From Patescibacteria group bacterium (lineage in GTDB: Bacteria > Patescibacteriota > Patescibacteriia > JBHPGJ01): a stretch of DNA of 64,000 bases. Below are positions 1-8,883 of the stretch, one piece after another; positions within the stretch are counted from its first letter, which is position 1, and every line of letters starts with the position of its first letter. The position numbers and the translations under genes were made by a program. The notes beneath the pieces were generated by a model. That model saw nothing but the letters and a program-made list of their open reading frames with translations, had not been told where the DNA came from and made no database searches. Location of the stretch: the NCBI GenBank assembly GCA_042570545.1, contig JBHPGJ010000005.1, positions 5,529-69,528 of the forward strand. The letters are read 5' to 3'.

Positions 1-16
1 ACTTGAGGCAGATATA

Positions 17-232
17 GTGATTATACTCAACTGTAATGCGGGGAAATATGGCATTCCAAGTAGTATGACGGATGACCCAATACTAAATATTCTTTTGAGT
101 GATGCGGATCAACATGAGGATGGTGAAGAACGGAGGGTATTCTACGTAGCAATGACAAGGGCAAAAGAAAAGGTATTCTTAATTGCTGATAAAAACAATC
201 CCTCAAAATTTATTAAAGAACTAGAAAATTAA
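17..232 (+). CDS. Small ORF with a UvrD/AAA_12-like helicase C-terminal motif; probably a gene remnant
   Basis: Translation carries the '..RRVFYVAMTRAKEKVFLI' block typical of the extreme C-terminus of UvrD/Rep-like helicases. An in-frame TAG sits at 14-16, directly upstream of the GTG start. A 71-aa product cannot be a complete helicase. Confidence 0.35.
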   Translation: MIILNCNAGKYGIPSSMTDDPILNILLSDADQHEDGEERRVFYVAMTRAKEKVFLIADKNNPSKFIKELEN

Positions 233-555
233 TGCCAAAGCTAGTTTACATATCCCACCCAATATCAGGCAACGTTAAGAAAAATGTTGAAGAAGTCCTC
301 CGTATTTGCCAGAAGATTCATTCCAAAGATATCATACCCTTCGCTCCATATTTAGTTTCATTACAGTATCTAGATGATAATGTAGTTCGAGACAGAGAAT
401 TAGGCATAGACGCTACATTAGAGACCTTAAGAAGGGGAATGGTTGACGAGCTATGGGTATATGGAGCGACCATATCTGCTGGCATGAAAGAAGAAATAAT
501 AATTGCCAATAAAAAAGGTATTCCTGTTATATACAAAAACGACGAACTTAATTAA
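232..555 (+). CDS. Hypothetical protein, possibly nucleoside 2-deoxyribosyltransferase-like (DUF4406-like) fold
   Basis: 107-aa ORF. The N-terminal 'KLVYISHPISG' resembles the 'vYiaGPmtG' start of DUF4406/deoxyribosyltransferase-like proteins. The assignment is tentative. Confidence 0.4.
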   Translation: MPKLVYISHPISGNVKKNVEEVLRICQKIHSKDIIPFAPYLVSLQYLDDNVVRDRELGIDATLETLRRGMVDELWVYGATISAGMKEEIIIANKKGIPVIYKNDELN

Positions 556-585
556 TACCAAATCTAATTATCACACATAATAGTT

Positions 586-615
586 CAAACACCCTCCACG
601 ATGTCCAACCAATTC
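586..615 (+). repeat. Copy 1 of a ~30-nt imperfect direct repeat (ACC[C/T]TCCACGA[T/C]G..CCA.CCA)
   Basis: Lies ~30 nt downstream of the stop of ORF 232..555. About 21 of 30 positions match a second copy at 1351..1380. Confidence 0.35.
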
Positions 616-647
616 TATCGTATACATGAATCTTTAAGTATAAATAA

Positions 648-1334
648 ATGACAACAATTAAAGATCGTTACGACCATAGTGAATTAACTGGTATGCAGTT
701 TGCATTCTTAAAGCGATTTGCCAGGATTCTTGCAGACGAAAACACACGACAGCGTAAGCATGCAGAAAAAATTGTAAATGCTGAGAAAAAGAATATACCC
801 AGCAAATTAATCGTTGATGATGAAATATATGAGCTATATCTCTCAAGCTTAGAACAAACTGAAGCAATGTATGGTTATGAAAGCGATAATTTCCAGCAAT
901 TATTATTCCGATCATTTGCGATTACTGCCCTAGTATTTATTGATGATCAACTAAAATTATATTGTGATCATTTAAAAGAGAAGCACGTATTAGCTATTAG
1001 TGTTTCCGATTTGAGAGGTTATGGGGCACGTAGATCACTGAATTATGTTAATAAAGTTACAGGGAAAGAAATCTTGATAAATGCAAACTTGAAAAAACAC
1101 TTTAAGGTTGCTGTAGAACTTCGAAATATTTTTGTTCATTCGGAAGGAATGACCACAGAAAAAAACCATCGTTTGTTAAATGATTATTCAAAAACATATC
1201 CAAAATATCTTGAGATACATGATAAACATACATTTATTACTGAAGATTATCTTAAGTTATTGTTAGGAATACATAATAAAATCTCCGATAAGATTTATAG
1301 ACAACTCCCAGAGAAATATAAACGTAGTAAATAA
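648..1334 (+). CDS. Hypothetical protein with a possible HEPN-type R-x4-H motif
   Basis: 228-aa ORF. 'ELRNIFVHSEG' matches the Rx4-6H signature of HEPN RNase domains. There is no other recognisable similarity. Confidence 0.5.
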   Translation: MTTIKDRYDHSELTGMQFAFLKRFARILADENTRQRKHAEKIVNAEKKNIPSKLIVDDEIYELYLSSLEQTEAMYGYESDNFQQLLFRSFAITALVFIDDQLKLYCDHLKEKHVLAISVSDLRGYGARRSLNYVNKVTGKEILINANLKKHFKVAVELRNIFVHSEGMTTEKNHRLLNDYSKTYPKYLEIHDKHTFITEDYLKLLLGIHNKISDKIYRQLPEKYKRSK

Positions 1335-1350
1335 TCATTCGATTTGGGTT

Positions 1351-1380
1351 CTAATACCTTCCACGACGGCCAGCCAGTGA
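1351..1380 (+). repeat. Copy 2 of the ~30-nt imperfect direct repeat
   Basis: Lies ~17 nt downstream of the stop of ORF 648..1334 and is similar to 586..615. Confidence 0.35.
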
Positions 1381-1513
1381 AAAAATTAGTAATATTATTA
1401 ATTAACTAAGTCAAAAAATTATAGAATTGCCGAACTGGATAAAACCAAATCAGCCTGGTTTAAAGATTCCGAAGGAAACATACTATCCCTTAACTAGATG
1501 TAAATAATTAAGA

Positions 1514-2188
1514 TTAAGCCTCGTAATTTACGGGGCTTTTTCTTTTTTTAGATATATAAAATTTCAAGCGGTACAGTAAGGCAATAGTAACGGTAATTAG
1601 ATATATCAACCACACTGTTTTTACCCAGTTGATTTGCAGGTCACTGCCGATATTCCAGCTGTGAAAAAATGCTAGAAAAAAGATTAAGTAGTTCAGTAAG
1701 TGCAACTTTCTCCATAATTTAATTTTTTTTCTCAATAGAGCAGTGATCGCGGTAATTATTATTAGATACAGCGCTAGCGGACCTAATGATTGCCACAATA
1801 GTGTCTGACTCGAAAAATCCGGTAGCAGCCAAAGATAATCTAAGCTGTTGTCTCGTATATCATTCATTATCAAAAGCACGGGATGGGTTAAGGCTATTAT
1901 CACCGCTACTATGCCCAAGATCAGATGTATCCTCAGCCATAGAGGGGAAAATAAGAGAACAAAGAATTTGCGGAATGCACCAATTACTATCTGTGTGAAT
2001 ATTATAGAAAAAGCCAGCAAGCCAAATAAACGAACCAATGTCAAGTAAATTATTTCAGGCGATGCATTTAGACTCGATCTTAGACCATCGGGTAGAGAAC
2101 GATCGATAATAATAAAAGGCAAAATTAGTATAATAAGGTAGGTTATTATGGCAACCAAAACGATCGTTTTTTTACTTCGCGGGGTCAT
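1514..2188 (-). CDS. Ferric reductase-like transmembrane (bis-heme b) domain protein
   Basis: Polytopic membrane protein. It has two transmembrane His pairs, H-x13-H in 'RIHLILGIVAVIIALTHP' and H-x12-H in 'KLHLLNYLIFFLAFFHSWN', which is the spacing seen in FRD/NOX/MsrQ-type heme-b domains. Confidence 0.55.
   Translation of the reverse strand: MTPRSKKTIVLVAIITYLIILILPFIIIDRSLPDGLRSSLNASPEIIYLTLVRLFGLLAFSIIFTQIVIGAFRKFFVLLFSPLWLRIHLILGIVAVIIALTHPVLLIMNDIRDNSLDYLWLLPDFSSQTLLWQSLGPLALYLIIITAITALLRKKIKLWRKLHLLNYLIFFLAFFHSWNIGSDLQINWVKTVWLIYLITVTIALLYRLKFYISKKRKSPVNYEA
1516..1550 (+). terminator. Rho-independent terminator-like hairpin plus T-run
   Basis: AAGCCTCG / CGGGGCTT stem (8 bp, one G-U) with loop TAATTTA, followed by TTTTCTTTTTTT. 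It overlaps the last codons of the minus-strand ORF 1514..2188. Confidence 0.45.
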
Positions 2189-2273
2189 GGATATGATTTT
2201 AACATATTTAAATTAATGAGTCTTGGCAATAATACTAAATTTTTATATACTTATAGTTGAATAGAGTAATAAT

Positions 2274-2678
2274 ATGAATTCAAATAAAGGACTATTGCTA
2301 TTTAGTGGTGTAATTGTGGCTATTATAGTGTTGGTTATCGCTTATCAGTATAGTGATAATGGTAGTTGGATTAGGGATAGTCGCGGACTTTGGATTAAGG
2401 ATGGAAGCCCCAGATCGGTCCCAGAAGCGGTAGTAGAGCAGCAGATTTTACTGTTAGCTGCCCAGGCTTTGTATCAAGAAGCTAATGGATCAAATATCAA
2501 TCTGGCCTATGGTCCCTGTTTAGGACTGATCGGTGATGATTGGGTGGTTGATATTGCCCACGTACCCCGTGAATCATATGACGAAGACTCCGATAATCAA
2601 TGCCCCGAATACCAAAATGGAACAGCCTCTCATTTTATTGAATTGGATCCTGATGGAAATTTGTTAAGAATTAAATAA
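2274..2678 (+). CDS. Hypothetical membrane-anchored or secreted protein
   Basis: N-terminal hydrophobic helix 'LLLFSGVIVAIIVLVIA' followed by a soluble domain. No motif recognised. Confidence 0.45.
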   Translation: MNSNKGLLLFSGVIVAIIVLVIAYQYSDNGSWIRDSRGLWIKDGSPRSVPEAVVEQQILLLAAQALYQEANGSNINLAYGPCLGLIGDDWVVDIAHVPRESYDEDSDNQCPEYQNGTASHFIELDPDGNLLRIK

Positions 2679-2687
2679 GGAGTGCCC

Positions 2688-3179
2688 ATGAAGAGCATCA
2701 TAATAATAATCGTAATAATCGTGTTGGGCGGTCTTGGCTTTTGGGCTTTCTCACAATACCAGACTACTAATACCAATACCCCGACAACGACCGTTACAAA
2801 TACGACAGCTACCAGTAATACCAATGTTTCTGAAATAGTTATCAATACCAACAGCAGTCTTAATACCAATATTGTCGATACAAATACTTCCGTAATTTCG
2901 CCAAATGAAGTTGCTATTACCGGATTAGGATTTTCCCCACAGTCCATCACAGTATTAGCGGGCTCGACCGTGACTTGGCTTAACAACGATTCGGTATTGC
3001 ATCACGTGGCTCCCGATGATCATCCGTCCCATACTAAGTATGTTGATACTTGGCCAGATACCGGCGCTGGTCGTATAGCTGGTGGCGAGGCTTATAGTTT
3101 TACATTCACTACTGCTGGAACTTATACCTACCATGATCATTTGCACCCCACATTAATCGGCACGGTTATAGTAGAATAA
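2688..3179 (+). CDS. Membrane-anchored cupredoxin-like domain protein with an N/T-rich linker and no Cys ligand
   Basis: An AGGAG lies 6 nt upstream of ATG 2688; the ORF track starts at GTG 2682. It has an N-terminal transmembrane segment and a TNTNT low-complexity linker. The C-terminus has a cupredoxin-type pattern, 'SITVLAGSTVTWLNNDS..HHV...AGTYTYHDHLHPTLIGTVIV', where the usual Cys position is Asp. Confidence 0.55.
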   Translation: MKSIIIIIVIIVLGGLGFWAFSQYQTTNTNTPTTTVTNTTATSNTNVSEIVINTNSSLNTNIVDTNTSVISPNEVAITGLGFSPQSITVLAGSTVTWLNNDSVLHHVAPDDHPSHTKYVDTWPDTGAGRIAGGEAYSFTFTTAGTYTYHDHLHPTLIGTVIVE

Positions 3180-3189
3180 ATAATTTAAA

Positions 3190-3226
3190 AAGAACGTCGG
3201 CCATTATGTTAGCCAACGTTCTTTTG
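3190..3226 (+). terminator. Rho-independent terminator
   Basis: AAGAACGTCGGC / GCCAACGTTCTT stem with 11 of 12 bp paired, loop CATTATGTTA, followed by TTTT. Confidence 0.55.
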
Positions 3227-3233
3227 CTATAAT
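3226..3233 (+). promoter_or_regulatory. Extended -10 (TGcTATAAT) 6 nt upstream of the VIT1 start; leaderless-type geometry
   Basis: TATAAT at 3228-3233 is preceded by TG, and the ATG is at 3240. Confidence 0.35.
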
Positions 3234-3239
3234 CAGACT

Positions 3240-4010
3240 ATGGATAAAGATAAATTAGCCAAAGCTTACGCCAAGAAGAGTGCTTTATTAGCAAAAAGTG
3301 ATAATCGAGCCAAGAAAAAACTAGACGATGTTTGGCATGAAAGAAGTACCGGACGATATATTGGCGATGTAATATTTGGAGCTAACGATGGCATTATTAC
3401 CACTTTTGCCGTAATATCCGGAGCTACCGGCGGTCAGTTGGCTCCGATTGTGGTGATAATTTTAGGCACGGCTAATCTTTTCGCTGACGGTGTATCAATG
3501 GGCCTGGGAAATTATTTGGGCCAAAAATCTGAACGTTCGTATGTAAAAGGACAAAGAAATAAAGAAGCTTGGGAAGTGGAAAATTTACCGGAAATTGAAA
3601 CCCAAGAAATTAGAGATATTTTTCAGGATTGGGGATTTAAGGATAATGATTTGGAACGTGCGGTTGAAATTGTAACTAATGATAAAGAAGTGTGGATTGA
3701 TATTATGATGAAGTATGAATTGGAAATTTTTGAAAGCTCAGCCGAAAGTCCAATCAAAAAAGGCATTGCTACTTTTATCGCTTTTGTAATAGCTGGGGTG
3801 GTGCCACTTACCCCGTTTCTAATTGGAGTTGATAATCCATTTTGGTGGGCCGTTGGATTGACCGCTATTGAATTATTTGCCATAGGTTCGTCGCGGGCTA
3901 AGGTAGCTCCAGTTAAATGGCTGACAGCTGGTTTGGAGATGTTATCAGTTGGTACCCTGGCGGCGGCCATTGCCTATCTGATTGGCAGGCTATTGCATGC
4001 AATTATTTAA
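3240..4010 (+). CDS. VIT1/CCC1 family iron/manganese transporter
   Basis: 'GANDGIITTFAVISGATG' is the VIT1 signature, with C-terminal transmembrane helices. Confidence 0.8.
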   Translation: MDKDKLAKAYAKKSALLAKSDNRAKKKLDDVWHERSTGRYIGDVIFGANDGIITTFAVISGATGGQLAPIVVIILGTANLFADGVSMGLGNYLGQKSERSYVKGQRNKEAWEVENLPEIETQEIRDIFQDWGFKDNDLERAVEIVTNDKEVWIDIMMKYELEIFESSAESPIKKGIATFIAFVIAGVVPLTPFLIGVDNPFWWAVGLTAIELFAIGSSRAKVAPVKWLTAGLEMLSVGTLAAAIAYLIGRLLHAII

Positions 4011-4039
4011 ACTACTAATAATTATGAACCAAACACTAC

Positions 4040-5473
4040 ATGGCCACCAAATTTGATACTAAAGACCTGGTCAATAAATCACCTCACGACTTTACCTCTA
4101 AACGCAAAGGTCGCTCGCGATATAGTTTACTTAAGGCAGATCAACCAATTAGAAGGATCTTAATACACGGATCCCCGTATGTTATTACCATGAAAGAAAA
4201 TCGTTTGCGGATTTTACACCATCAATCGATCTATATTGAAGATGGAGTGATTAACAAGGTATTCCCGGCTGCTGATACAAAAAAAATCGATCTGTCAAAT
4301 GTTGACCTGATATATGATGCCGAACAACGGGGTGGTATTGTTATAACCCCAGGGTTTATAAATGCACATGCTCATCCGCCAATGTATCTCCTGAGAGGCG
4401 CTTTGGTGTTTATCGAAGATAATCTAGAAAAAGCATTAGCCGGTATGGCTAAGTTGGAAGGCAAGATGACAGATTCTGATTTCTTTATCGGCGCATTAGG
4501 TGATTTAACTGAGCAACAAAAATCCGGTATCACTAGTACGGTTTCTCATTATGGTGTGTTTGAGCCAATTGAAGAAGCTGCCCAACTGACCAATCAACGA
4601 GTGCTTAATGCCATTAGCGCTATATCGAATTCCCACCCCAATAATAGACCATCATTAATTGGTAATTACGCCAGACAAGCAAAAAATTTGTTTACCACTC
4701 CTGCTGCGGCTATTCATTACGTCCATCGAGCCAGTCCAGGTCAGCTTAGACAAATAGCCAAGGTGGTAAATAAATATAAACTGATATTTACCTTGCACGT
4801 TTCAGAAACCGAAGACTTGGTAAAGCAATGTATCGATAAGTTCGGCCTCCGACCCATCCAGGTACTTGACCGTTTCAAATTACTCTCTAAAAGAACGCTA
4901 CTTTCTCATAGTGTTCATCTGGATTCCGCTGAAATTCAATTAATTAAAAAACGCCAAGCAGCGATTGTCCACTTGCCGACATCAAATCTATTGCACAAAA
5001 GTGGTAATTTTAATTATCCTTTATTCCACCGATTAAAAGCCACAAAACAAATCGCTCTGGGCACTGACAGCGTGGTAAGTAAAAATAGATTGGACTTGCT
5101 ATCTGAAGCCCTACAGACAAAAACCATGCATCAATCCACAAGCATAGTGCCTTATTCAGACCTATTTAATATAATCACCGCTCAGGGAGCTCGATTAATC
5201 GGTCAGCCAGAACTAGGTAAAATTGAGGCAGGCTACAAGGCCGACATTTCCTTCTGGAAGCTAAAAGACAGGGGATTCTTGCCCTATGATGAAGCCAAGC
5301 CGGAAACTTTGGTGGCTAATATGATAACCCATGGCGGCCGCAATATTCGCGATTTGATGATTGATGGTAAATTTGTTATAACCAATCGAATGCACAACTT
5401 AATTGATGAAAGTTCGCTACTAGAATCACTACAAAAAGCGCATATGAAATTGCGATCGCGGTTGAAAGTATAA
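4040..5473 (+). CDS. Amidohydrolase-superfamily (TRZ/ATZ-type) deaminase, MtaD/guanine-deaminase-like
   Basis: HxH metal motif 'GFINAHAHPPMYLLRG' is close to the MtaD 'NAHTHLPMTLLRG' block. Downstream 'HVSET', 'HSVHL' and 'GTDS' motifs fit the amidohydrolase_1 fold. Confidence 0.65.
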   Translation: MATKFDTKDLVNKSPHDFTSKRKGRSRYSLLKADQPIRRILIHGSPYVITMKENRLRILHHQSIYIEDGVINKVFPAADTKKIDLSNVDLIYDAEQRGGIVITPGFINAHAHPPMYLLRGALVFIEDNLEKALAGMAKLEGKMTDSDFFIGALGDLTEQQKSGITSTVSHYGVFEPIEEAAQLTNQRVLNAISAISNSHPNNRPSLIGNYARQAKNLFTTPAAAIHYVHRASPGQLRQIAKVVNKYKLIFTLHVSETEDLVKQCIDKFGLRPIQVLDRFKLLSKRTLLSHSVHLDSAEIQLIKKRQAAIVHLPTSNLLHKSGNFNYPLFHRLKATKQIALGTDSVVSKNRLDLLSEALQTKTMHQSTSIVPYSDLFNIITAQGARLIGQPELGKIEAGYKADISFWKLKDRGFLPYDEAKPETLVANMITHGGRNIRDLMIDGKFVITNRMHNLIDESSLLESLQKAHMKLRSRLKV

Positions 5474-5477
5474 AGAA

Positions 5478-6938
5478 TTAATAATTTGCCGGTCGTTTTT
5501 TTATCTCAATACTATGCGGGTGGCTTTCTTTGTGGCCAGCATTTGTTATTCGGATAAATCGTGCTTGCTTATGGGCATGCTTGATATTGGCTGCTCCAAT
5601 ATATGCAAAACCAGAGCGAATCCCGCCACACAACTGACTAATTTGTTTGTAGGCTGACCCGCGGTATATAACTCGGCCTTCCACACCTTCAGAAATTAAC
5701 TGATCACCCTCTTTTTTATCGTCTTGAGCATAGCGGTCACTGCTACCAAGCTTCATAGCATTAATTGATCCCATACCGCGAAAGGTTTTATATGTTCTTC
5801 CCTGGTCATATTCAATTTCACCCGGAGCCTCATCCGTCCCAGCTAAAAGGCTACCCGTCATTACGCTGTCGGCACCAGCCGCTAAGGCCTTAACAATATC
5901 ACCAGAATATTTCATACCACCATCGGCAATAATTGGTATATTTTTTCTTACGGCTCGCCGTGCTTTAGTTGCTTCCATAATGGCCGACATCTGTGGGACA
6001 CCAATACCGGCGATAACCCGAGTAGTACATATTGATCCAGGCCCAACACCAATCTTAATCGCGTCCGCTCCGGCATCAATTAGAGCCTTGGCCCCATCGT
6101 TGGTAGCTATATTGCCAGCTATGACATCTATATTGTTAAATAGGGGACTTTTTTTAAGTTTTTTAACAGTTTCAATTACACCAGCCGAATGACCATGGGC
6201 AACATCAACTACCAACACATCGACTCCGGCGGCGGTTAATATCTTAGCCCGTTCAATCGCTTCATTGCCTACTGATATAGCACCGCCAACCCGGAGCTGT
6301 TTACGACTATCTTTATTGGCCAACGGGAAAGCCTCATTTTTTTCCAGATCTTTACGAGTGACCATTGATACTAATTCGCCGTCCTTATTCGTTATTGGTA
6401 GTACTGATAATTTTTTTGCTCGAATTATTTTATTAGCTTCTTTAAGGGTTATACCCTTGTGTCCAACTGTAATTTTTGATACGGGAGTCATCTTTAATTT
6501 AATAGGTAATGTCAGGTCATCGGGAGTAAAGTAATCCAAATTCGTAAGCAAGCCAACCAGTTTGCCACTTTTGCTAGTAATTGGAATTTTGGTATAGCCA
6601 AATTCCCGCTCAATTTTTACCGCCGCGGTTACATGGTCTTCGGGGTATAAGGTCTTGGGATCTTCAATGAATCCATTTTCCCAACGTTTCACTCGTTCGA
6701 TTTCTTCAGCTTGTATTTCTGGTGCTAAATTTTTATGTATTATCCCTATTCCACCAGATGTGGCCAGGGCAATAGCCATCGTATGCTCAGTAACTGTGTC
6801 CATGGCAGCTGAAACAATCGGAACATTTAAAGAAATTCTTCGAGATAATTTTGTCTGCAAGTTAACGTTTGCCGGTCGAACCTCAGAAAAACGCGGCTCA
6901 AGTAATAAATCTTCAAATGTAAAACCTTCTTTTATCAT
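5478..6938 (-). CDS. guaB: IMP dehydrogenase
   Basis: Tandem CBS region and the catalytic '[11 protein letters not shown]' loop, with '[20 protein letters not shown]' and 'GMGS'. The start is trimmed to the internal '[13 protein letters not shown]', which is the canonical IMPDH N-terminus. Confidence 0.9.
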   Translation of the reverse strand: MIKEGFTFEDLLLEPRFSEVRPANVNLQTKLSRRISLNVPIVSAAMDTVTEHTMAIALATSGGIGIIHKNLAPEIQAEEIERVKRWENGFIEDPKTLYPEDHVTAAVKIEREFGYTKIPITSKSGKLVGLLTNLDYFTPDDLTLPIKLKMTPVSKITVGHKGITLKEANKIIRAKKLSVLPITNKDGELVSMVTRKDLEKNEAFPLANKDSRKQLRVGGAISVGNEAIERAKILTAAGVDVLVVDVAHGHSAGVIETVKKLKKSPLFNNIDVIAGNIATNDGAKALIDAGADAIKIGVGPGSICTTRVIAGIGVPQMSAIMEATKARRAVRKNIPIIADGGMKYSGDIVKALAAGADSVMTGSLLAGTDEAPGEIEYDQGRTYKTFRGMGSINAMKLGSSDRYAQDDKKEGDQLISEGVEGRVIYRGSAYKQISQLCGGIRSGFAYIGAANIKHAHKQARFIRITNAGHKESHPHSIEIKKRPANY

Positions 6939-6979
6939 TATATAAATGTAATAATTTGTAGTATAGGTTAACTTATAGA

Positions 6980-6985
6980 TATAAT
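6980..6985 (+). promoter_or_regulatory. -10 hexamer TATAAT 6 nt upstream of the guaA ATG, in the guaB/guaA divergent region
   Basis: gaTATAATcaatatATG, with no room for a Shine-Dalgarno sequence. Confidence 0.3.
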
Positions 6986-6991
6986 CAATAT

Positions 6992-8812
6992 ATGCCAAAA
7001 AACCATAACCTTATAATCATTATAGATTTTGGGTCGCAGTACACACATTTGGTAGCCCGTCGGGTAAGAGAATTGGGTATAAAAAGCGTCATTACTCAAC
7101 CAAATAATTATAAGCAATATTTAAAATTTGCTAAAGGAATCATATTTTCCGGTGGGCCACAGAGTGTACTTACTAAGAACAGTCCGAAAATAAATAAAAG
7201 TATTTTCAAGCTTGGTTTACCAATATTAGGCCTATGTTATGGTCATCAGTTAATAGCCAAGATGCTTGGCGGACAATTAATTAAAGGCCAAATCAGAGAA
7301 TATGGGGAGTCCAAAATTATCTTAACCAATACTGATAAAGCCAGAAAGTTTTTTAATAAGCTACCAGCGCGACAGATTGTTTGGATGAGTCACGGGGATA
7401 GTGTAATCAGTCCACCGGCCGGTTTTTCAATTACCGCCACCAGCGCTGATTGTCCGGTAGTAGCAATGGCAAATCACAGTAAGGACATTTATGGATTACA
7501 GTTCCATCCGGAAGTGGTACATACAAATTATGGTGTAAAAATGTTATCAAATTTTGTCAGTAACATCTGTCGGGCCCAACCCGATTGGCGTCTAAATAAT
7601 ATAAAGAATGAAATTATCTTGAATATCAGAAATCAAGCCAAAGGAAGAAAAGTTTTTATGCTGATATCCGGGGGAGTAGATTCAACAGTGGCCTTTGTCC
7701 TATTAGCTAAAGCCTTGGGTCAAAAAAATGTCTATGGACTTCATATAGATAGTGGTCTAATGAGACAGAACGAGTCAGATAAAGTTGAGAAATTATTGTA
7801 CAAAACCGGTTTTAAAAACTTACATATGGCGAACGCCAAGTATGGATTTTTAAAGGCTTTAAAAAATATTACTGATCCAGAAATTAAAAGACAAATAATT
7901 GGCGAGGAATATTTACAGGTGGCCGAAAAAACAATGAGCAATTTGAAGTTGGATCCGCGTAAATGGCTTCTTGGACAAGGCACAATATATCCTGACACAA
8001 TCGAAACCGGTGGGACAGCTAATTCAGCCATCATCAAGACTCATCATAATCGGATTCCTCGTCTACAAAAGATGATTAAACAAGGACTGGTAATTGAGCC
8101 GTTAAAGGATTTATATAAAGATGAAGTACGGTATATAGGTCGGGCCTTAGGCTTGTCAAAAAATTTAATACAAAGACATCCTTTTCCTGGACCGGGTTTG
8201 GCCATTAGATTGATTTGTAGTCAAAAAAAATCTACTTTAAATAGGAGCGACAAACTGTTAATTAAAAAAATAAGACACGATAAAGAATTAAAGGTACATA
8301 CTAAAATAAATATCTCATTATTACCAGTGCGCAGTGTTGGCGTCCAGGGCGACGAAAGAAGCTATGCTCGGGCCTTAGTAATATCTGGTCCTTATAATTG
8401 GTCAGTTCTGCGCCATTATGCAAGATATATCCCAGCTCGGTATCATAATATAAACAGGTTATTGTGGTTAGTTGCGGGTGATATTAGATCTCTTGAACAC
8501 TCATCTTTAGTTAAGTCGCAAATTACCGAGGAACGTTTGGTAAAACTTCAACAAATTGATAGTGCCGTGTGGCAGATTCTTAAAAAACAACAATCTAAAA
8601 TATGGCAAATGCCTGTTATACTTGTACCGTTTGATTTTGGCGAGGCTGTAGTTATCCGACCAGTAATGTCAGAAGAAGCCATGACCGTAAAGCCTTTTAA
8701 AATACCTAATAATTTAATAAACCAATTAAAAGTAAAACTACATAATATGGGAATTTACTACGTTTTTTTGGATATTACTGATAAACCACCGGCGACAATA
8801 GAGTGGGAATAA
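6992..8812 (+). CDS. guaA: GMP synthase (glutamine-hydrolysing) with an extended C-terminal domain
   Basis: GATase 'GLCYGHQLIA', the ATP-PPase P-loop 'SGGVDSTV', and 'RHPFPGPGLAIR' through to the C-terminal 'KPPATIEWE'. It is about 80 aa longer than typical GuaA. Confidence 0.9.
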   Translation: MPKNHNLIIIIDFGSQYTHLVARRVRELGIKSVITQPNNYKQYLKFAKGIIFSGGPQSVLTKNSPKINKSIFKLGLPILGLCYGHQLIAKMLGGQLIKGQIREYGESKIILTNTDKARKFFNKLPARQIVWMSHGDSVISPPAGFSITATSADCPVVAMANHSKDIYGLQFHPEVVHTNYGVKMLSNFVSNICRAQPDWRLNNIKNEIILNIRNQAKGRKVFMLISGGVDSTVAFVLLAKALGQKNVYGLHIDSGLMRQNESDKVEKLLYKTGFKNLHMANAKYGFLKALKNITDPEIKRQIIGEEYLQVAEKTMSNLKLDPRKWLLGQGTIYPDTIETGGTANSAIIKTHHNRIPRLQKMIKQGLVIEPLKDLYKDEVRYIGRALGLSKNLIQRHPFPGPGLAIRLICSQKKSTLNRSDKLLIKKIRHDKELKVHTKINISLLPVRSVGVQGDERSYARALVISGPYNWSVLRHYARYIPARYHNINRLLWLVAGDIRSLEHSSLVKSQITEERLVKLQQIDSAVWQILKKQQSKIWQMPVILVPFDFGEAVVIRPVMSEEAMTVKPFKIPNNLINQLKVKLHNMGIYYVFLDITDKPPATIEWE

Positions 8813-8883
8813 GTTACTATTGGCCAGTATTTAATAGTTTGGTATACTATTTATACAGGAAATAGTATTAATTAATACATTTT

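Noticed and set aside
17-1334. Prophage or integrative element at the 5' end (helicase fragment, DUF4406-like, HEPN-like)
   Set aside because: No integrase, recombinase, capsid or terminase genes and no tRNA attachment site are visible in the window. The evidence is limited to gene-remnant character and a short direct repeat, so it is reported only as a low-confidence islet.
586-1380. Integron attC sites as an explanation for the direct repeats flanking the 648..1334 gene
   Set aside because: No GTTRRRY / RYYYAAC core and inverse-core pairs and no imperfect palindrome are present. There is no intI in the window.
556-1513. Possible tRNA, tmRNA or small RNA genes in the two longest intergenic gaps of the first 2 kb
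   Set aside because: I could not find cloverleaf-compatible acceptor/T-arm pairing or conserved tRNA boxes (GTTC.A..C) in a plausible arrangement. Only the ~30-nt direct repeat and a terminator hairpin are evident.
2630-2986. 118-aa minus-strand ORF overlapping the cupredoxin-like gene
   Set aside because: It is antisense to a well-supported + strand gene and lies within an N/T-codon repeat region. Its VLVLV-type low-complexity translation is the usual mirror-frame artefact.
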